DNA of 64,000 bases from an uncultured Candidatus Saccharibacteria bacterium (GCA_963730375.1 CAVSRJ010000004.1:29112-93111); one strand, 5' to 3'. Positions 1 through 10,330 are shown, counted from the first letter of the stretch. Notes: a model not told the origin generated them from the sequence alone. Made by a program: numbers and translations.

Positions 1-549
1 GAAATTCCACTGCTCTTCAACATAACTTTGGGGGGAGTACATGTGGCGTGTCATCTCCTCAAATAATTCATCGGTCGCAAAGACTTGCTCTGCTGCGACT
101 CCGCGCTCTGCGGCAACCTCCCTCGCTGCGGCAACTTCCCGTTGCAATAGTTCGCCGAGATCCATTTCTTCGCCCACTGTATCAAACATGGCATCAACCT
201 GTGTGGTAACCTGGCTTCTCATTAGAGCCATCATGAGCTCGTTTGGTTCGTGGTTGACGGAAATAAGGTACTGTTCGAGCATCGAATCATCCAGCATGTC
301 ATATGCGGACTGACGATAATCGGATGGCGAACCGGATTCGGGATCATCAATATGTCGCAGTAACGCTACCGTGAAGCCAGTCTGCACAGACTGTACGATG
401 TCGGTTGATGGTAATGGTTCGAGTGGCATAACTCGCTCGAGCTGCGCGCGCGTCCATAGTAGTTCGGTCACCTTTCGGCTAGAAACCGCTGCAGCCAACG
501 ACAACAGTTCTTCTTGGCGTCCGTCGTACTGTTCTGCAGGCTCTGTCAT
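1..549 (-). CDS. hypothetical protein, C-terminus beyond window edge
   Basis: Hand translation of the minus strand from ATG at 549-547 gives an open frame to position 1 (MTEPAEQYDGRQEELLSLAAAVSSRKVTELLW...). It is absent from the ORF track only because no stop lies inside the window. Plus-strand ORFs 41-313 and 371-667 are Ser-rich shadows of it. Confidence 0.5.
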   Translation of the reverse strand, partial: MTEPAEQYDGRQEELLSLAAAVSSRKVTELLWTRAQLERVMPLEPLPSTDIVQSVQTGFTVALLRHIDDPESGSPSDYRQSAYDMLDDSMLEQYLISVNHEPNELMMALMRSQVTTQVDAMFDTVGEEMDLGELLQREVAAAREVAAERGVAAEQVFATDELFEEMTRHMYSPQSYVEEQWNF

Positions 550-771
550 GGGGCATGATTATACAACCCTGTTGCATAAAAGTACACAATATACCATTTT
601 ACTTTGTGCTCACGAGCATGTTCTGTGGCTTTTGGAGGGGAATGACTTGTTGTATAGTGATATGTAGCATATAAGTCCGCACCTTATGCAAGCCCGTCCC
701 GGGGAACACCTTGCCAGCGGCACTGCAGCAGATTTCGGGGACTTTTATTAACAATAATAGGAGTTCTGACG

Positions 772-933
772 ATGTCAAAGATGACAAAAGATGAACAGTT
801 AGACTGGTACGAGCGCTCGCACAAGAATTGGCGTTCGTGGGGTAGCTGGTTCAGCTGGGGTTCACCTGTCGGGCTCGGTCTGTTTTTCATCGAAACAGCC
901 GCCGCCATCTGGATCCTCACCCAGGCGTTCTAA
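772..933 (+). CDS. small membrane protein (53 aa)
   Basis: ATG at 772 is preceded by AGGAG (759-763). The product MSKMTKDEQLDWYERSHKNWRSWGSWFSWGSPVGLGLFFIETAAAIWILTQAF has one hydrophobic helix. An intrinsic terminator follows directly. It is too short for the ORF track. Confidence 0.45.
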   Translation: MSKMTKDEQLDWYERSHKNWRSWGSWFSWGSPVGLGLFFIETAAAIWILTQAF

Positions 934-936
934 CCA

Positions 937-967
937 TAAAACAGCACCCTTCCCGGGTGCTGTTTTA
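937..967 (+). terminator. intrinsic terminator
   Basis: AAAACAGCACCC-ttcc-GGGTGCTGTTTT forms a perfect 12-bp stem ending in a T run, a few nt after the stop at 931-933. Confidence 0.6.
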
Positions 968-1077
968 GTTCCAGTCTGTGATGATGAGTCCTTTGCTGTC
1001 GCTAAAGATTCACCGCATATTGTCGCAAATAAGAAACAATGTCATAATGTTGTGATAAAATCGAGCCCCTGAGTGAT

Positions 1078-1941
1078 ATGAGAAGCGTGTACAAAGATAT
1101 TGAAATCATGTATTGCCACAATGGGGCACCCATTGAGCTAGATAGCGAAGATCGGCGTCAAAAATGGGAAGGTGCAGCACGTGCTGCTAATGACCAGTGG
1201 AAAGAGGCGGCAAAAAACGAAGCTCGGATACTTTCGACAGGCCAGGTCGATAAACCGGATTGGTTTCGAAGTGCTGAACGTTCTGCGCGAAAGTTTGTGC
1301 GAGGCTTGGGGCTGGAAGCGTGCCGAGGTGTGCAAGTAAGTCTGATTGATATATCTACTCCAGAACTTCAGGAGGCATCACGACTCGACATGGAATGGGA
1401 TGCATTTCACTCGCGAAATTTCGGGGTGGTTGTTCGAGATAAGGCCGCTCAGGCAGTCTATGAGAAATCCGGACGCGTCGGTATCGGTCAGTGGTTGTCG
1501 CACGAACTAACACATGCTGCACAAATGAGTGGGCCCGCGCTTTATACGAATTTCGTTGATGGAACGTGGCGTGACCACTACAGGACTGGCTTGTCGTTAA
1601 TGGATGCCGATGACATGTACGGGCAGTTTTTCACAGAGGCTATCGCCGAGTATAACGCAGGCCTTTATGCTCGTAGAGCTGCCCAGGCCGATGAACCGTT
1701 GGCTTCGGTGGACGCACTGTCGACTTCTGAATTACCTGAGCACTATACGCTCGCTGCGATTAAAAAAAGTGAACCCGGAGTCAACGGTCCAGATGGCTGG
1801 GCAATCGAACTGGTTGCGGCATGGCACGAGCAAATGACTCCCGGCGGCGCGGCCGCATTTATGGGTCACGCGTACGATACATACAGCATCGATGCAGACC
1901 GTCGGTTGGCGGGACATCGCGGGTTTCGCTCGCAGCCTTGA
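1078..1941 (+). CDS. hypothetical protein with HExxH zinc-metalloprotease-type motif
   Basis: 287-aa ORF containing 'WLSHELTHAAQM' (HExxH). I recognise no other family signature. Confidence 0.55.
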   Translation: MRSVYKDIEIMYCHNGAPIELDSEDRRQKWEGAARAANDQWKEAAKNEARILSTGQVDKPDWFRSAERSARKFVRGLGLEACRGVQVSLIDISTPELQEASRLDMEWDAFHSRNFGVVVRDKAAQAVYEKSGRVGIGQWLSHELTHAAQMSGPALYTNFVDGTWRDHYRTGLSLMDADDMYGQFFTEAIAEYNAGLYARRAAQADEPLASVDALSTSELPEHYTLAAIKKSEPGVNGPDGWAIELVAAWHEQMTPGGAAAFMGHAYDTYSIDADRRLAGHRGFRSQP

Positions 1942-2079
1942 TAGCCATACAACCTGGCCTGTATAAAGACCTTAGGGATTTACCGTACGGCCGTGAGCAT
2001 TTTTTGCGAGGACTGGAGCTCGTCCGGTCAGCAGTTGGTGTGGATATCCCAAGCGCCGAACAAGTAGCGTAAAACTTTT

Positions 2080-2163
2080 TTACTGCCAATCCTTGATCAC
2101 AAGTTCTTTGCCGCGGCGGGTGACTACGACTTTTTGCTTCTTTTGCCAGCCGAGATATGTCAG
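2080..2163 (-). pseudogene. 3' remnant of an AbrB/MazE-like gene
   Basis: The minus strand reads LTYLGWQKKQKVVVTRRGKELVIKDWQ*. This is near-identical to the C-terminal part of the intact copy at 2615-2833 (AELGWQKKQKVVVTRRGKELIIKD). There is no N-terminus and no start codon. Confidence 0.6.
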
Positions 2164-2184
2164 TACTGGACGATACTATCTGCG

Positions 2185-2583
2185 TTAGGCCGTAGGCACT
2201 TGTCGGACACCCAGCTGGTCCCAAAAAGTTGGCTCGGCACCGTCTACTACCTGGCCATACACCGAGCCAGGGCCAACGTACGGGAATGTTTCCTGCTCTG
2301 CTAGGGTGGCATCAAAAAACGCTGCCAGGCGGCCTGCGTAATCACGAAGTACTCTGTCATCGCGTAGCTCTGGCGCCATCTCAGTGTCAAAGCCAATCGA
2401 CATAGAGCCATCGGCGTACCACTCCATTTTTGTTATTCCGTGCAGGACGCTCGCGCCGTGACCATGCACTGTTGGCATAGCTTCTACATAATTGTCAGGC
2501 AGATTATTGCCAGGCTTGATGCCAACGTATCGAAATCCATCGGTGGCCGCTACTACCATCCTTCTGTTTGGCGCTTCGCTCAT
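2185..2583 (-). CDS. hypothetical protein (cargo gene downstream of AbrB-like gene)
   Basis: 132-aa ORF lying 32 nt downstream of the AbrB-like gene on the same strand. No recognisable domain. Confidence 0.6.
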   Translation of the reverse strand: MSEAPNRRMVVAATDGFRYVGIKPGNNLPDNYVEAMPTVHGHGASVLHGITKMEWYADGSMSIGFDTEMAPELRDDRVLRDYAGRLAAFFDATLAEQETFPYVGPGSVYGQVVDGAEPTFWDQLGVRQVPTA

Positions 2584-2614
2584 GTGTCTCTCCTCCTAGT
2601 TTGGAAAGTATTAT

Positions 2615-2833
2615 TTATCCAATTCTTGCATTTAGCAAGCATGAGCCAGATACGCTACTGCCATCTTTGATGATGAGTTCTTTGCCGCGGCGGGTTACGA
2701 CGACTTTTTGCTTCTTTTGCCAGCCTAGTTCGGCGATGAGTTCTTTTGGTAGGGTTACCATGTAGCTCTGTCCGTTTTCGCCGGTTCGTTGCAGTTTTCG
2801 TACGTTTTTGTCACTAAGGTCTGCTCTGCCCAT
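2615..2833 (-). CDS. AbrB/MazE/SpoVT-family DNA-binding protein (antitoxin-like)
   Basis: 72-aa ORF. 'YMVTLPKELIAELGWQKKQKVVVTRRGKELIIKD' matches the swapped-hairpin SpoVT/AbrB pattern (V-x-LPK...LG...G..V.V......I.I). Confidence 0.7.
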   Translation of the reverse strand: MGRADLSDKNVRKLQRTGENGQSYMVTLPKELIAELGWQKKQKVVVTRRGKELIIKDGSSVSGSCLLNARIG

Positions 2834-2860
2834 GGTGTGATTCCCCTCTGTTATATTACG

Positions 2861-2886
2861 GACTTATATAATTAATTATATAAGTC
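2861..2886. promoter_or_regulatory. perfect 26-bp palindrome, putative operator overlapping the -10 region
   Basis: GACTTATATAATTAATTATATAAGTC is its own reverse complement. It lies 28 nt upstream of the AbrB-like start, contains TATAAT on both strands, and is followed by a GAGGGGA SD. Confidence 0.6.
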
Positions 2887-2913
2887 GGCGCAACAGTTGT
2901 CTGGGTTGTTTGC

Positions 2914-3330
2914 CTAGGCGGTTTGTTGTGTTTCGGGCGCTCTGGCGCGCGTCGCTTCTTGTAGTAGTTGGGCAAGCTCTTCGCTGGCGTGGGGGTCACG
3001 TAGTATGCCGCCTAGCGTCATCTCTCCCAGATGCGAAGCAGCTTCGGGACGAGCTAAGACTTCCGCTGCTACCTCGCTCTCGGTGAATAATTCATACGGA
3101 TGACAGCCAGTAATTGCCGTTGTGCCGATGGGTGGTGTCTCTGGGTCCTCCCAACGTTGTATTCCCGCCAGGCCAGTGCCGTATGAGACAGGCTCTGCCC
3201 ATACACTTGCCTTCTTTGTGATAGGGTCACCACTCTGGGGGAATAAGTGATTTTCTCCCTCGGCCAGGTAAACTACGTCACCTTGCCGTAATCTTGTGTA
3301 CAATGCGCTATCCAATGATTTTTCTGCCAT
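2914..3330 (-). CDS. hypothetical protein, paralog family B
   Basis: 138-aa ORF. It shares GDVVYL-EG, TKKA-V, ELFTESEVA-E, HLGEM-L--IL-D and ELA-LLQ-A blocks with 4047-4460. Confidence 0.65.
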   Translation of the reverse strand: MAEKSLDSALYTRLRQGDVVYLAEGENHLFPQSGDPITKKASVWAEPVSYGTGLAGIQRWEDPETPPIGTTAITGCHPYELFTESEVAAEVLARPEAASHLGEMTLGGILRDPHASEELAQLLQEATRARAPETQQTA

Positions 3331-3342
3331 TTCATTATTAAA

Positions 3343-3420
3343 TCACGAACTAGGCAACATCACAACGTTGGTGCGTTGTAGCTTGCGGACGTGTTGGTCG
3401 CCGGTTTTTCGTAATGCCAT
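3343..3420 (-). pseudogene. truncated 5' fragment of an AbrB/MazE-like gene
   Basis: Reads MALRKTGDQHVRKLQRTNVVMLPSS*. The intact copy reads MGRADLSDKNVRKLQRTGENGQSYMVTLPKE. It has the same palindrome and SD context upstream but stops after 25 codons. Confidence 0.55.
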
Positions 3421-3445
3421 CTGTTAATTCCCCCTGCTGTTACGA

Positions 3446-3469
3446 ACTTATATAATCGATTATATAAGT
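3446..3469. promoter_or_regulatory. perfect 24-bp palindrome, second copy of the operator
   Basis: ACTTATATAATCGATTATATAAGT has the same arms as 2861-2886 with a different centre (CG instead of TA). It sits at the same distance upstream of the truncated AbrB-like start. Confidence 0.6.
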
Positions 3470-3512
3470 CTATGCAATGCATGACGAGTCAGCTGTAGTA
3501 TCCCGCGCAATG

Positions 3513-3992
3513 TTATGAGGGGTCGGGGGGTGTGTCAAAGTCGGGGACGGTGTCGGGTATCTCTGGCCTGCCTTCGGCAAAGTAGCGAATGGCTTGGTGG
3601 ACATAACGTCCTCTGTGCTGAATGCCGCATAACTCAGCAGCACGCTCTGCTCGCGCCGCTTCCTGCTTGCCGACTATCAGAATCATAAAACCCTGCCCCC
3701 ACGCATCCGCCTCGAACAAATCCAACATTTCCACGCGAGTCGGCTCAGACGACTCGACGATATTTTTTGTCTCATCATCAGGCTGCTCGAGCAGTAGATA
3801 CTCAAAGTCACTGTCGTCTGGCGCAATCACAACCTCATCGAGAATTTTGCTAGTAACCAGCTGCAAGGCGTGCCGCATTACATCCTCATCGCTCCTGAAT
3901 CGCAGTTCGGTGCGCCGACTGTCTATTTGCCTCATCAACTCATCATCAATCGGTACTGCTATGCCTTCGGCTCCGTTGCTAGAATATGCCAT
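3513..3992 (-). CDS. hypothetical protein, paralog family A
   Basis: 159-aa ORF. It shares an N-terminal '(V/L)PIDD' motif, an (F/W)EYL motif and a C-terminal 'AAELCGI--RGR---QA(I/V)RY' block with 16249-16740. Confidence 0.65.
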   Translation of the reverse strand: MAYSSNGAEGIAVPIDDELMRQIDSRRTELRFRSDEDVMRHALQLVTSKILDEVVIAPDDSDFEYLLLEQPDDETKNIVESSEPTRVEMLDLFEADAWGQGFMILIVGKQEAARAERAAELCGIQHRGRYVHQAIRYFAEGRPEIPDTVPDFDTPPDPS

Positions 3993-4046
3993 AATGACGA
4001 TACTATAACCGAATAGTTACAAATTGCAAATGGCATCGCATGTGGT

Positions 4047-4460
4047 CTAGCTGGGCTGTGGGGGTGTGGTGGCGCGGTCCTGGATGGCGGCCTGCAATAG
4101 TTCGGCCAATTCTCTGTTGGTTGATACGTCCATGAGGATGCTACGCAGACTCATTTCACCCAGGTGTTCGTGCGTAGCCTGGCGGCTCTCGATTTCGTCG
4201 GCCACCTCTGATTCGGTGAACAGTTCGCTGGCGTCAAAGACCGTGCTGATGCCAGCTCTGACCGGTGGTGAATACAAGTTCACCCAGCGTTTGACCACCA
4301 CGTAGTGAGCGCCGTTCTGGCAATCCTGGATCACGGTGGCTTTTTTGGTCAGCAGGCGCCCCTGGTCGGGGCGGTGAGGGTCATGCCCCTCTACCAAATA
4401 GACAACGTCGCCCGTCGCCAGCCTGTCGTCATAATATCTCTGTTGCACTCGCTCCGTCAT
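4047..4460 (-). CDS. hypothetical protein, paralog family B
   Basis: 137-aa ORF, paralog of 2914-3330. It is preceded by TTCATGATTAAATA, matching the junction TTCGTGATTTAATA upstream of the other copy. Confidence 0.65.
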   Translation of the reverse strand: MTERVQQRYYDDRLATGDVVYLVEGHDPHRPDQGRLLTKKATVIQDCQNGAHYVVVKRWVNLYSPPVRAGISTVFDASELFTESEVADEIESRQATHEHLGEMSLRSILMDVSTNRELAELLQAAIQDRATTPPQPS

Positions 4461-4526
4461 GGCGATATTTAATCATGAACCACCCCTGCGCGAAACATCT
4501 GCTCGCTAGAGTTTGCGGGTGTGAAA

Positions 4527-7381
4527 CTATATCCCTTCGATGAATGTTTCTATGAAGTCTTTGATTCGGGTTGTGATGCGTTTTAGTATGCTTTCGCGCT
4601 TCAGGATGCTTGGCTGTTCGACAAGTACATCGCCCAGGTCGTGCTTTCGCGGCAAGCGCCCGGTCGATACGTAGTGGTCGAGCAATATTTGCGTTTTCTC
4701 GGCGTCGAGCCCTTCTTCGTGGCACATCGCGCTGGAAGGCGCTGACTTGCTCTTCGCTGACGAATTCTGCCCATTCGCCTTCTACATCGCTGGCATTGGT
4801 CAGGTGCTGGCACGTTCGAATCAATAAACTTCTCTATCAGTTCGCGTTTACTGCGCAGCTCTGCGGTGTTTGCCATGGTGTCGCTCACTAGTCTTCTTGA
4901 GTTCGATTTGTTTCTCTTCATCGGCGCCGACCATGCGGGCGATCAGGCGGAGTATGTAGCTGACGTTTATTTCGTCACGTCGTGTCAGCTCCAGCTCGAA
5001 GTCAATGTCATCAAGATAGAGACTTTTTCTTTTTCGTGCTCGCGTACTTTACTTTATCGTAGATGTCCAGATACTTACCTTTGTAATTTTCGAGGGTTTG
5101 TTCGTCGATATTCAGGTCTGCGAAGTCAAATTCCGCAAACGACACCACAACATTACGCAGACGTAGCACATAGCGGAACGCTTCCACGAACGCTTTCTCG
5201 GCATCTTCATCTGCACGCATCGACAGCCTGCGGGTCTGCCGCAATACTGCACGTAGCTCCCGACGGCTTCGTTAAATTGCCGTACATATTCGCCGATATG
5301 GCTGCAAGAATATATCTTCTTTGGCGTCTTTGTTAGCAAATAGCTCCAGCGCGTCGTCTGTGGCAGTTTTGAGGTTGCGGAAACGACGATGTTACCTTGC
5401 GACTTGGTCTCGTTCAGTATGCGATTGGTGCGTGAGTACGCCTGCAATAGGCCGTGATAGCGTAGATTTTTATCGACATACAGCGTATTGAGCGTTTTGC
5501 TGTCGAAACCAGTCAGGAACATATTCACCACCAGCAGCAGGTCGATCTCGCGAGCCTTTACGCGGTCGGCAATATTGCGGTAGTAGTTGTAGAAGCTGTC
5601 GCTATCGCTAGTGCTGTAGCTGGTGCCAAACATTTGGTTGTAGTCGCCGATGTAGCTTCGAGCTTGTCGCGCGAATGTTGGTTGACACCCTCAAATAGAT
5701 TCAGCTGCGGATCATCGTCGAGCATGCCATCGGCATCGTTGTCGTCTTCATTTGCTGCGTAGCTAAAGATAGTTGCGACACGTAGGTCGTGCTCGCCGGC
5801 CAGTTTTTTGCGCCGGAAAATTTCGTAGTACTTAGTCAGCGTAGCCACGTTACTCACGGCCAATATTGCGGTAAAGTCGCGCGAATGTGTTTTGTTACTG
5901 TGATTGGCGATGATAAAATCTACGATATTTTCCAGCCGCTCGGGCGATTCCATCGCTTCTTTGATATCAATCGCTTCAACATCGGTGTCGATATCTTCGC
6001 GGCCGTCTTTAAACTTGAAGCCTTTGTAGTACTCCACGCTAAACTTCAGCACGTTTTCGTCACGGATGGCATCGGTGATGACGTACTTGTGCAGACATTC
6101 GCCAAACAGATCTTTGGTGGTACGTTTGCCCAGTGCATTGCTGCCGGCGTTTTCGGCAAAGATCGGCGTGCCAGTAAAGCCAAACAGTCTGTGATTGGTA
6201 AAGTATTCGGTGATGCGCTTGTGCGTTTCACCAAACTGGCTGCGGTGACATTCGTCAAAGATAAAGACAATCTTTTTGTCTTTGTGCTGCTCCATCTTCA
6301 GCGCATGGCGGTCACTGCTGATGGCATTGTTGAGCTTTTGGATGGTGGTGACTATCAGCTTGTTGTCTGGGTCGGTGAATTGCTTCACCAAGTTGTTGGT
6401 GTTTGTCGGTGGCGTCAACGCTGCCTTCTTTGAAGCTGTTGAACTCGCGGATGGTTTGGTTGTCTAGGTCGTTGCGGTCCACCACAAAGACGACTTTGTG
6501 CACGTCTGGGCTCTCGCAGATGATCTGGCTAGCCTTGAAACTCGTCAGGGTTTTACCGCTGCCGGTTGTGTGCCAAATGTAGCCGCCCTTGCGCTTCGTT
6601 TCTCACCTTGTCTACGATCGCTTCTACGGCGTAGTACTGGTATGGCCGCAGCGCCAGCAGCGTCTTGTCGGTCGTCAGCACCATGTACTTTGGTGATCAT
6701 TTTGGCCAGGTGGCATTTTTCTAGGAATTCGCGGGTGAAATCCTCGAGCTCGGTGATCTTTCTTGTTGTCTTTGTCCGCCCAGAAGCTGGTGAATTTGAA
6801 CGATTCTTTCTTGGTGTTGCTATAGCCGACCGTGTTTGCGTAGTACTTGGTGTTGCCGCCATTACTGATGACAAATAGCTGCACGAATTGATACAAGCCG
6901 TACTGACGACGCAAAGCTAGTGGCGGCGGTAGCGGTTGACTTGGTTAAAGGCTTCCTTCAGCTCGATACCGCGGCGCTTTAGCTCTATCTGTACCAGCGG
7001 CAAGCCGTTGACCAGAATCGTTACATCGTAGCGGTTTTTGTAGCTGCCTTCTTGTGTAACTTGGTTGGTCACCTGGAAGCGGTTTTGGCACCACTTGGTC
7101 ATATTCAGGAATTCAATGTTTTTGTGCGTGCCATCGTCTCGCGCCAGGCTCATTTTGTCGCGCAGAGTCTGGGCGCGATCATACACACCGCCTTTGTTCA
7201 GGTGATTCAGTATTCGTTCAAATTCACTGTCGCTAAATTTTGTATCGTTATGTAGCTCCAATTGCGTGCGTAGGTTTGCGACCATCTCAGCTTCATCAGC
7301 AATCTGCACACGCTCATAGCCCATGCCGACCAGCTGGTCGATGAGGTTATTTTCTAGTACTTGCTCGGATTGAGTTGTCAT
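4527..7381 (-). pseudogene. hsdR: type I restriction enzyme R subunit, multiply frameshifted
   Basis: ORF-track fragments 6917-7408, 6675-6914, 6545-6874, 6312-6503, 5558-6418, 5112-5633, 5011-5244, 4601-4921, 4429-4824 and 4527-4727 read consecutively as HsdR. Supporting motifs are N-terminal NRYDVTILVNGLPLVQIELK, a hand-translated Walker [19 protein letters not shown]-box-like FIFDECHRSQFG, and the C-terminus EEGLDAEKTQILLDHYVSTGRLP. I count at least nine frame changes. Confidence 0.85.
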
Positions 7382-7408
7382 GGGGCTATATCTTTTCGGT
7401 TCCGGCAT

Positions 7409-8525
7409 AATACAGTTCCTTCATTGTTATTGGCTAGAAACTACCGAGAAATATTACGCACAACACATCTACATATTTGTTGGAGTTTGGGAGGGAAAAT
7501 CAATGGGCGTTCACGCATGATAGCAAGCACCTGGAAGTTTGCACAGCCGCTGAAGCAGTCGTGCCAAAGAGGTGTTTCACGTCTTTTGCTTGGATGATAA
7601 CCTTCTCCATTGCAATCTTCAGGAATACGGACGTTCGAATTTATATTTTTATCAGCGTGAGGCTTTTTTTAATACTGCGTAAGACGCGAGCACGTGAATT
7701 TTTTATTAAGATATCGCTTCATTAATTTTTATGACATCCGCAGCGTAGATGCCCAGATTCTCGTTCTCAACATGTCAGACATCGCTAGTTCAATAGACGT
7801 ACGATGCATCAGGAAATAAAGCACTAACCCTGTACCGAAATTTATCACTCATGTGCTTGCGACCATTAATCAGGCAGTAAGTAAGTCTGCCGGTGGCATA
7901 GTGCCGCTCGCGGCAAGCTTCAGCGCTTTGCGAACTAGGCGTATATCTATTGTACTGCGTTATATTTAAAGTGATATTGAGCCCATCATATTGTTTTTTT
8001 ATACGACGTGGAGCGGACCGGCTTAACCATGTATGCTTCGACTGTTGATGTCCAGGTGCTCAACTGACATCAAGGTTTTGCTAAGCCAAGATCTCTGTCA
8101 GCCGAGTACTTCAATCCGAACGTGGCCAATAAATGACCTACTCCCCAGTGTAAGGTTCAAATTTGCACGATTGCCTTGTCGTGCCGTCATCTCGCCTCTT
8201 GACTGCACGATGAAAGTGGACACGCTAAACTCATTCATGAGCAACTTTAGAGGCATATAGAGATCAACCGTTACCAAGGATGTCTGACCCCCGCCTATTA
8301 TTCTTGGCATCAATCCAGTTCAGTTTCACTTTTGTGACCGCTAAGTGTTGGGCGAAAGTCGCCAGACTCAGTCTGTTAAAAACAGTATTGGAAAACAAAT
8401 TCGATAGCCTACATTCTTGAAGTAGAAAGGGAGATCTTTCCCGCAATACCGGCATTTAGTCGCAATGATATCGGGTTTAAAGACTCACAGAAGCCTCAAG
8501 TATTGACCGGTTTGAACCTATCGAT
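7409..8525. other. 1.1-kb AT-rich spacer with only broken ORF fragments (decayed insert in the R-M operon)
   Basis: No ORF longer than about 80 codons on either strand. Minus-strand pieces (8264-8455, 8098-8313) abut each other in different frames. I recognise no family. Confidence 0.3.
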
Positions 8526-9641
8526 TTACACAAACATCCTTTGGAGGAGGGATTTTTTGAATTTTCTGGCGGCGGCTAGTTTGGTTTCCTCTAGTATGAT
8601 TTTGCCATCCAGCGAAGTTAAGCAGTCGGCAATTTTCTGCTGTTCTTGAATCGAAGGCGCCGGTACGTCACATTTCGTGAAGCAGTCCATTCTGAGCGAC
8701 TTAAACGGTGCTACCAACGGCATATCTTAGGAAGTGATTGTTCTGAGTCAGCATGTAGTAATACAAAAATTTCATGAGCATATCTTTTACGTCAAACACT
8801 GCGTAAGCTCTTTGGTGAAGACCATATTTACCCTTGAAATACCTTGGCAAAAATTCTAGAACCATTCACCACCATAGATTATGGCTTCGTTATCGAAGCT
8901 GTATTTGTCATACTTTTTAATATCTACGGATCTATCAAAAAATCGGTTGTATATTTCGACCTTCGGCACTACCCCGCATCTTCAAACATTTAAGTTTCGC
9001 GTTTTAATTGGTGAGCAAATTCAAACCGAATTTCTTTTCTGCCAGGCTGGGTAATCGTTGCCGTTTTTGTCTTTGAAGCGGATTTGCTGGGTGAAGATTT
9101 TTTGCATGACGCCTTTTTTGTATTGCTTCAGCAGCTCCACTTTTTTCTCAATCGCAGCCACCCGCTCATCCACCACCGTCAAAAACCCCGCAATTTTTTC
9201 CTGCTCAGACGCGGAAGGCAATACAACCTGGATTTTTTTCACAACCGCGGCGTTTAGCTTAGGCTGAGTCGTACCGTTATTATAGTTGTCGTACCTTAGC
9301 CACTCGAGATAGGTGGCTACAAAAACGTTGGAGTCATGAGCCTTCATGATATGTGCATGATTATTCAGCCAGAACTTACCTCTAGCAATAAACGCTACAG
9401 GCGTACTTCGCATTAAGATATTTGCGCCGTCTTCGGCGAGCAAAACATACTCACCGTCAAAGATATAATTGTTTACATAGTCAATGACTCCTGATGCGCC
9501 GTAGTAGGGGTAATTCCCTTGCATAGCCTGACGCTCGGCAGATTCGATGGGTATACGCTTTCCGTCAAAAAAATCTGCAATATCGCCAAGCTTTTTAACA
9601 TGCCATTCATCAGTAAATTCAGGAAAACGGAGGCTCGGCAT
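8526..9641 (-). pseudogene. hsdS: type I R-M specificity subunit, second half disrupted
   Basis: 9021-9641 encodes TRD1 plus the central conserved region (MPSLRFPEFTDEW..., LPSASEQEKIAGFL...KKGVMQKIF). 8526-8723 encodes the distal conserved region (SLRMDCF...PAPSIQEQQKIADCL...KKSLLQRMF). The TRD2 segment 8724-9020 is broken by stops and frameshifts. Confidence 0.8.
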
Positions 9642-9700
9642 TTTTTCTTGCCTCTGCTTCTCGAGTTTTCGGCTCGAATAGCTGTAGGCCAGTCATTTTT

Positions 9701-10221
9701 TTACCCCTTTTTTGTCTCTCTCCTCGATGGCTTTTTTCTTTGAATCAGGGATCTTGTTATAAATTTCTTGGATCTGGCGCGGCTCAGTGATCATTGTTTC
9801 GGCAATTTTATTAAGTAGGCGGAAAGAGACTGCGCGGTTGCTGGATCGTCACGTAAGTCAATCTGGCCAGGATGAACAGACTCATTTCCGATTACGCGTA
9901 GGACATCAAGCGCCTTCTGAATCGTCGGAGAAAGCCCTTTTGCAACAAGACTACCTATGTCTGTATTTATATCTTTGCCCGGCTCGCCTAATTGCTTACA
10001 TAGTTTCTACCGGCAAGGCGAAGTAGTGCGGCTGAACCTCTCGGAGATTTATGCAGTATTGAAGCAGCTTCCAAATAGTCCTTTTTGATATCTTCTTTCA
10101 AATCATCGTTTGGCTGATCGATACCTACATCTTCAGGGTATATCATCAATTCTTCATACCATATCGAATACTTAAAGCAATGGCTGCAGAAGCTGAACTC
10201 TACCTGCTCCACCGAAGTCAT
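9701..10221 (-). pseudogene. DUF4145-like protein, frameshifted
   Basis: ORF 9988-10275 ends '...HKSPRGSAALLRLA'. A shifted frame continues '...CKQLGEPGKDINTDIGSLVAKGLSPTIQKALDVLRVIGNESVHPGQIDL...' to a stop at 9701. The ALD-LR-IGN--VH pattern is typical of DUF4145 proteins embedded in type I R-M loci. Confidence 0.6.
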
Positions 10222-10330
10222 AAGGGTGAGTCTCAGTCCATGGTTGCTATAGCATATGCATCGCAATAGGGGCAATTAAAGGACCGACTTTTTGTACGCG
10301 GTGTTTCATAATGGTGCTGTTGCCATAAAA

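Noticed and set aside
41-667. Plus-strand ORFs 41-313 and 371-667
   Set aside because: Their products are Ser/Cys-rich and low-complexity. The opposite strand carries a clean open frame from 549 to the window edge with ordinary composition.
4429-4921. Arg-rich ORFs 4429-4824 and 4601-4921 as independent genes
   Set aside because: Only short stretches of each are meaningful (ANTAELRSKRELIEKFIDSN and VEGEWAEFVSEEQVSAFQRD). These are consecutive pieces of the HsdR C-terminus; the rest is out-of-frame read-through.
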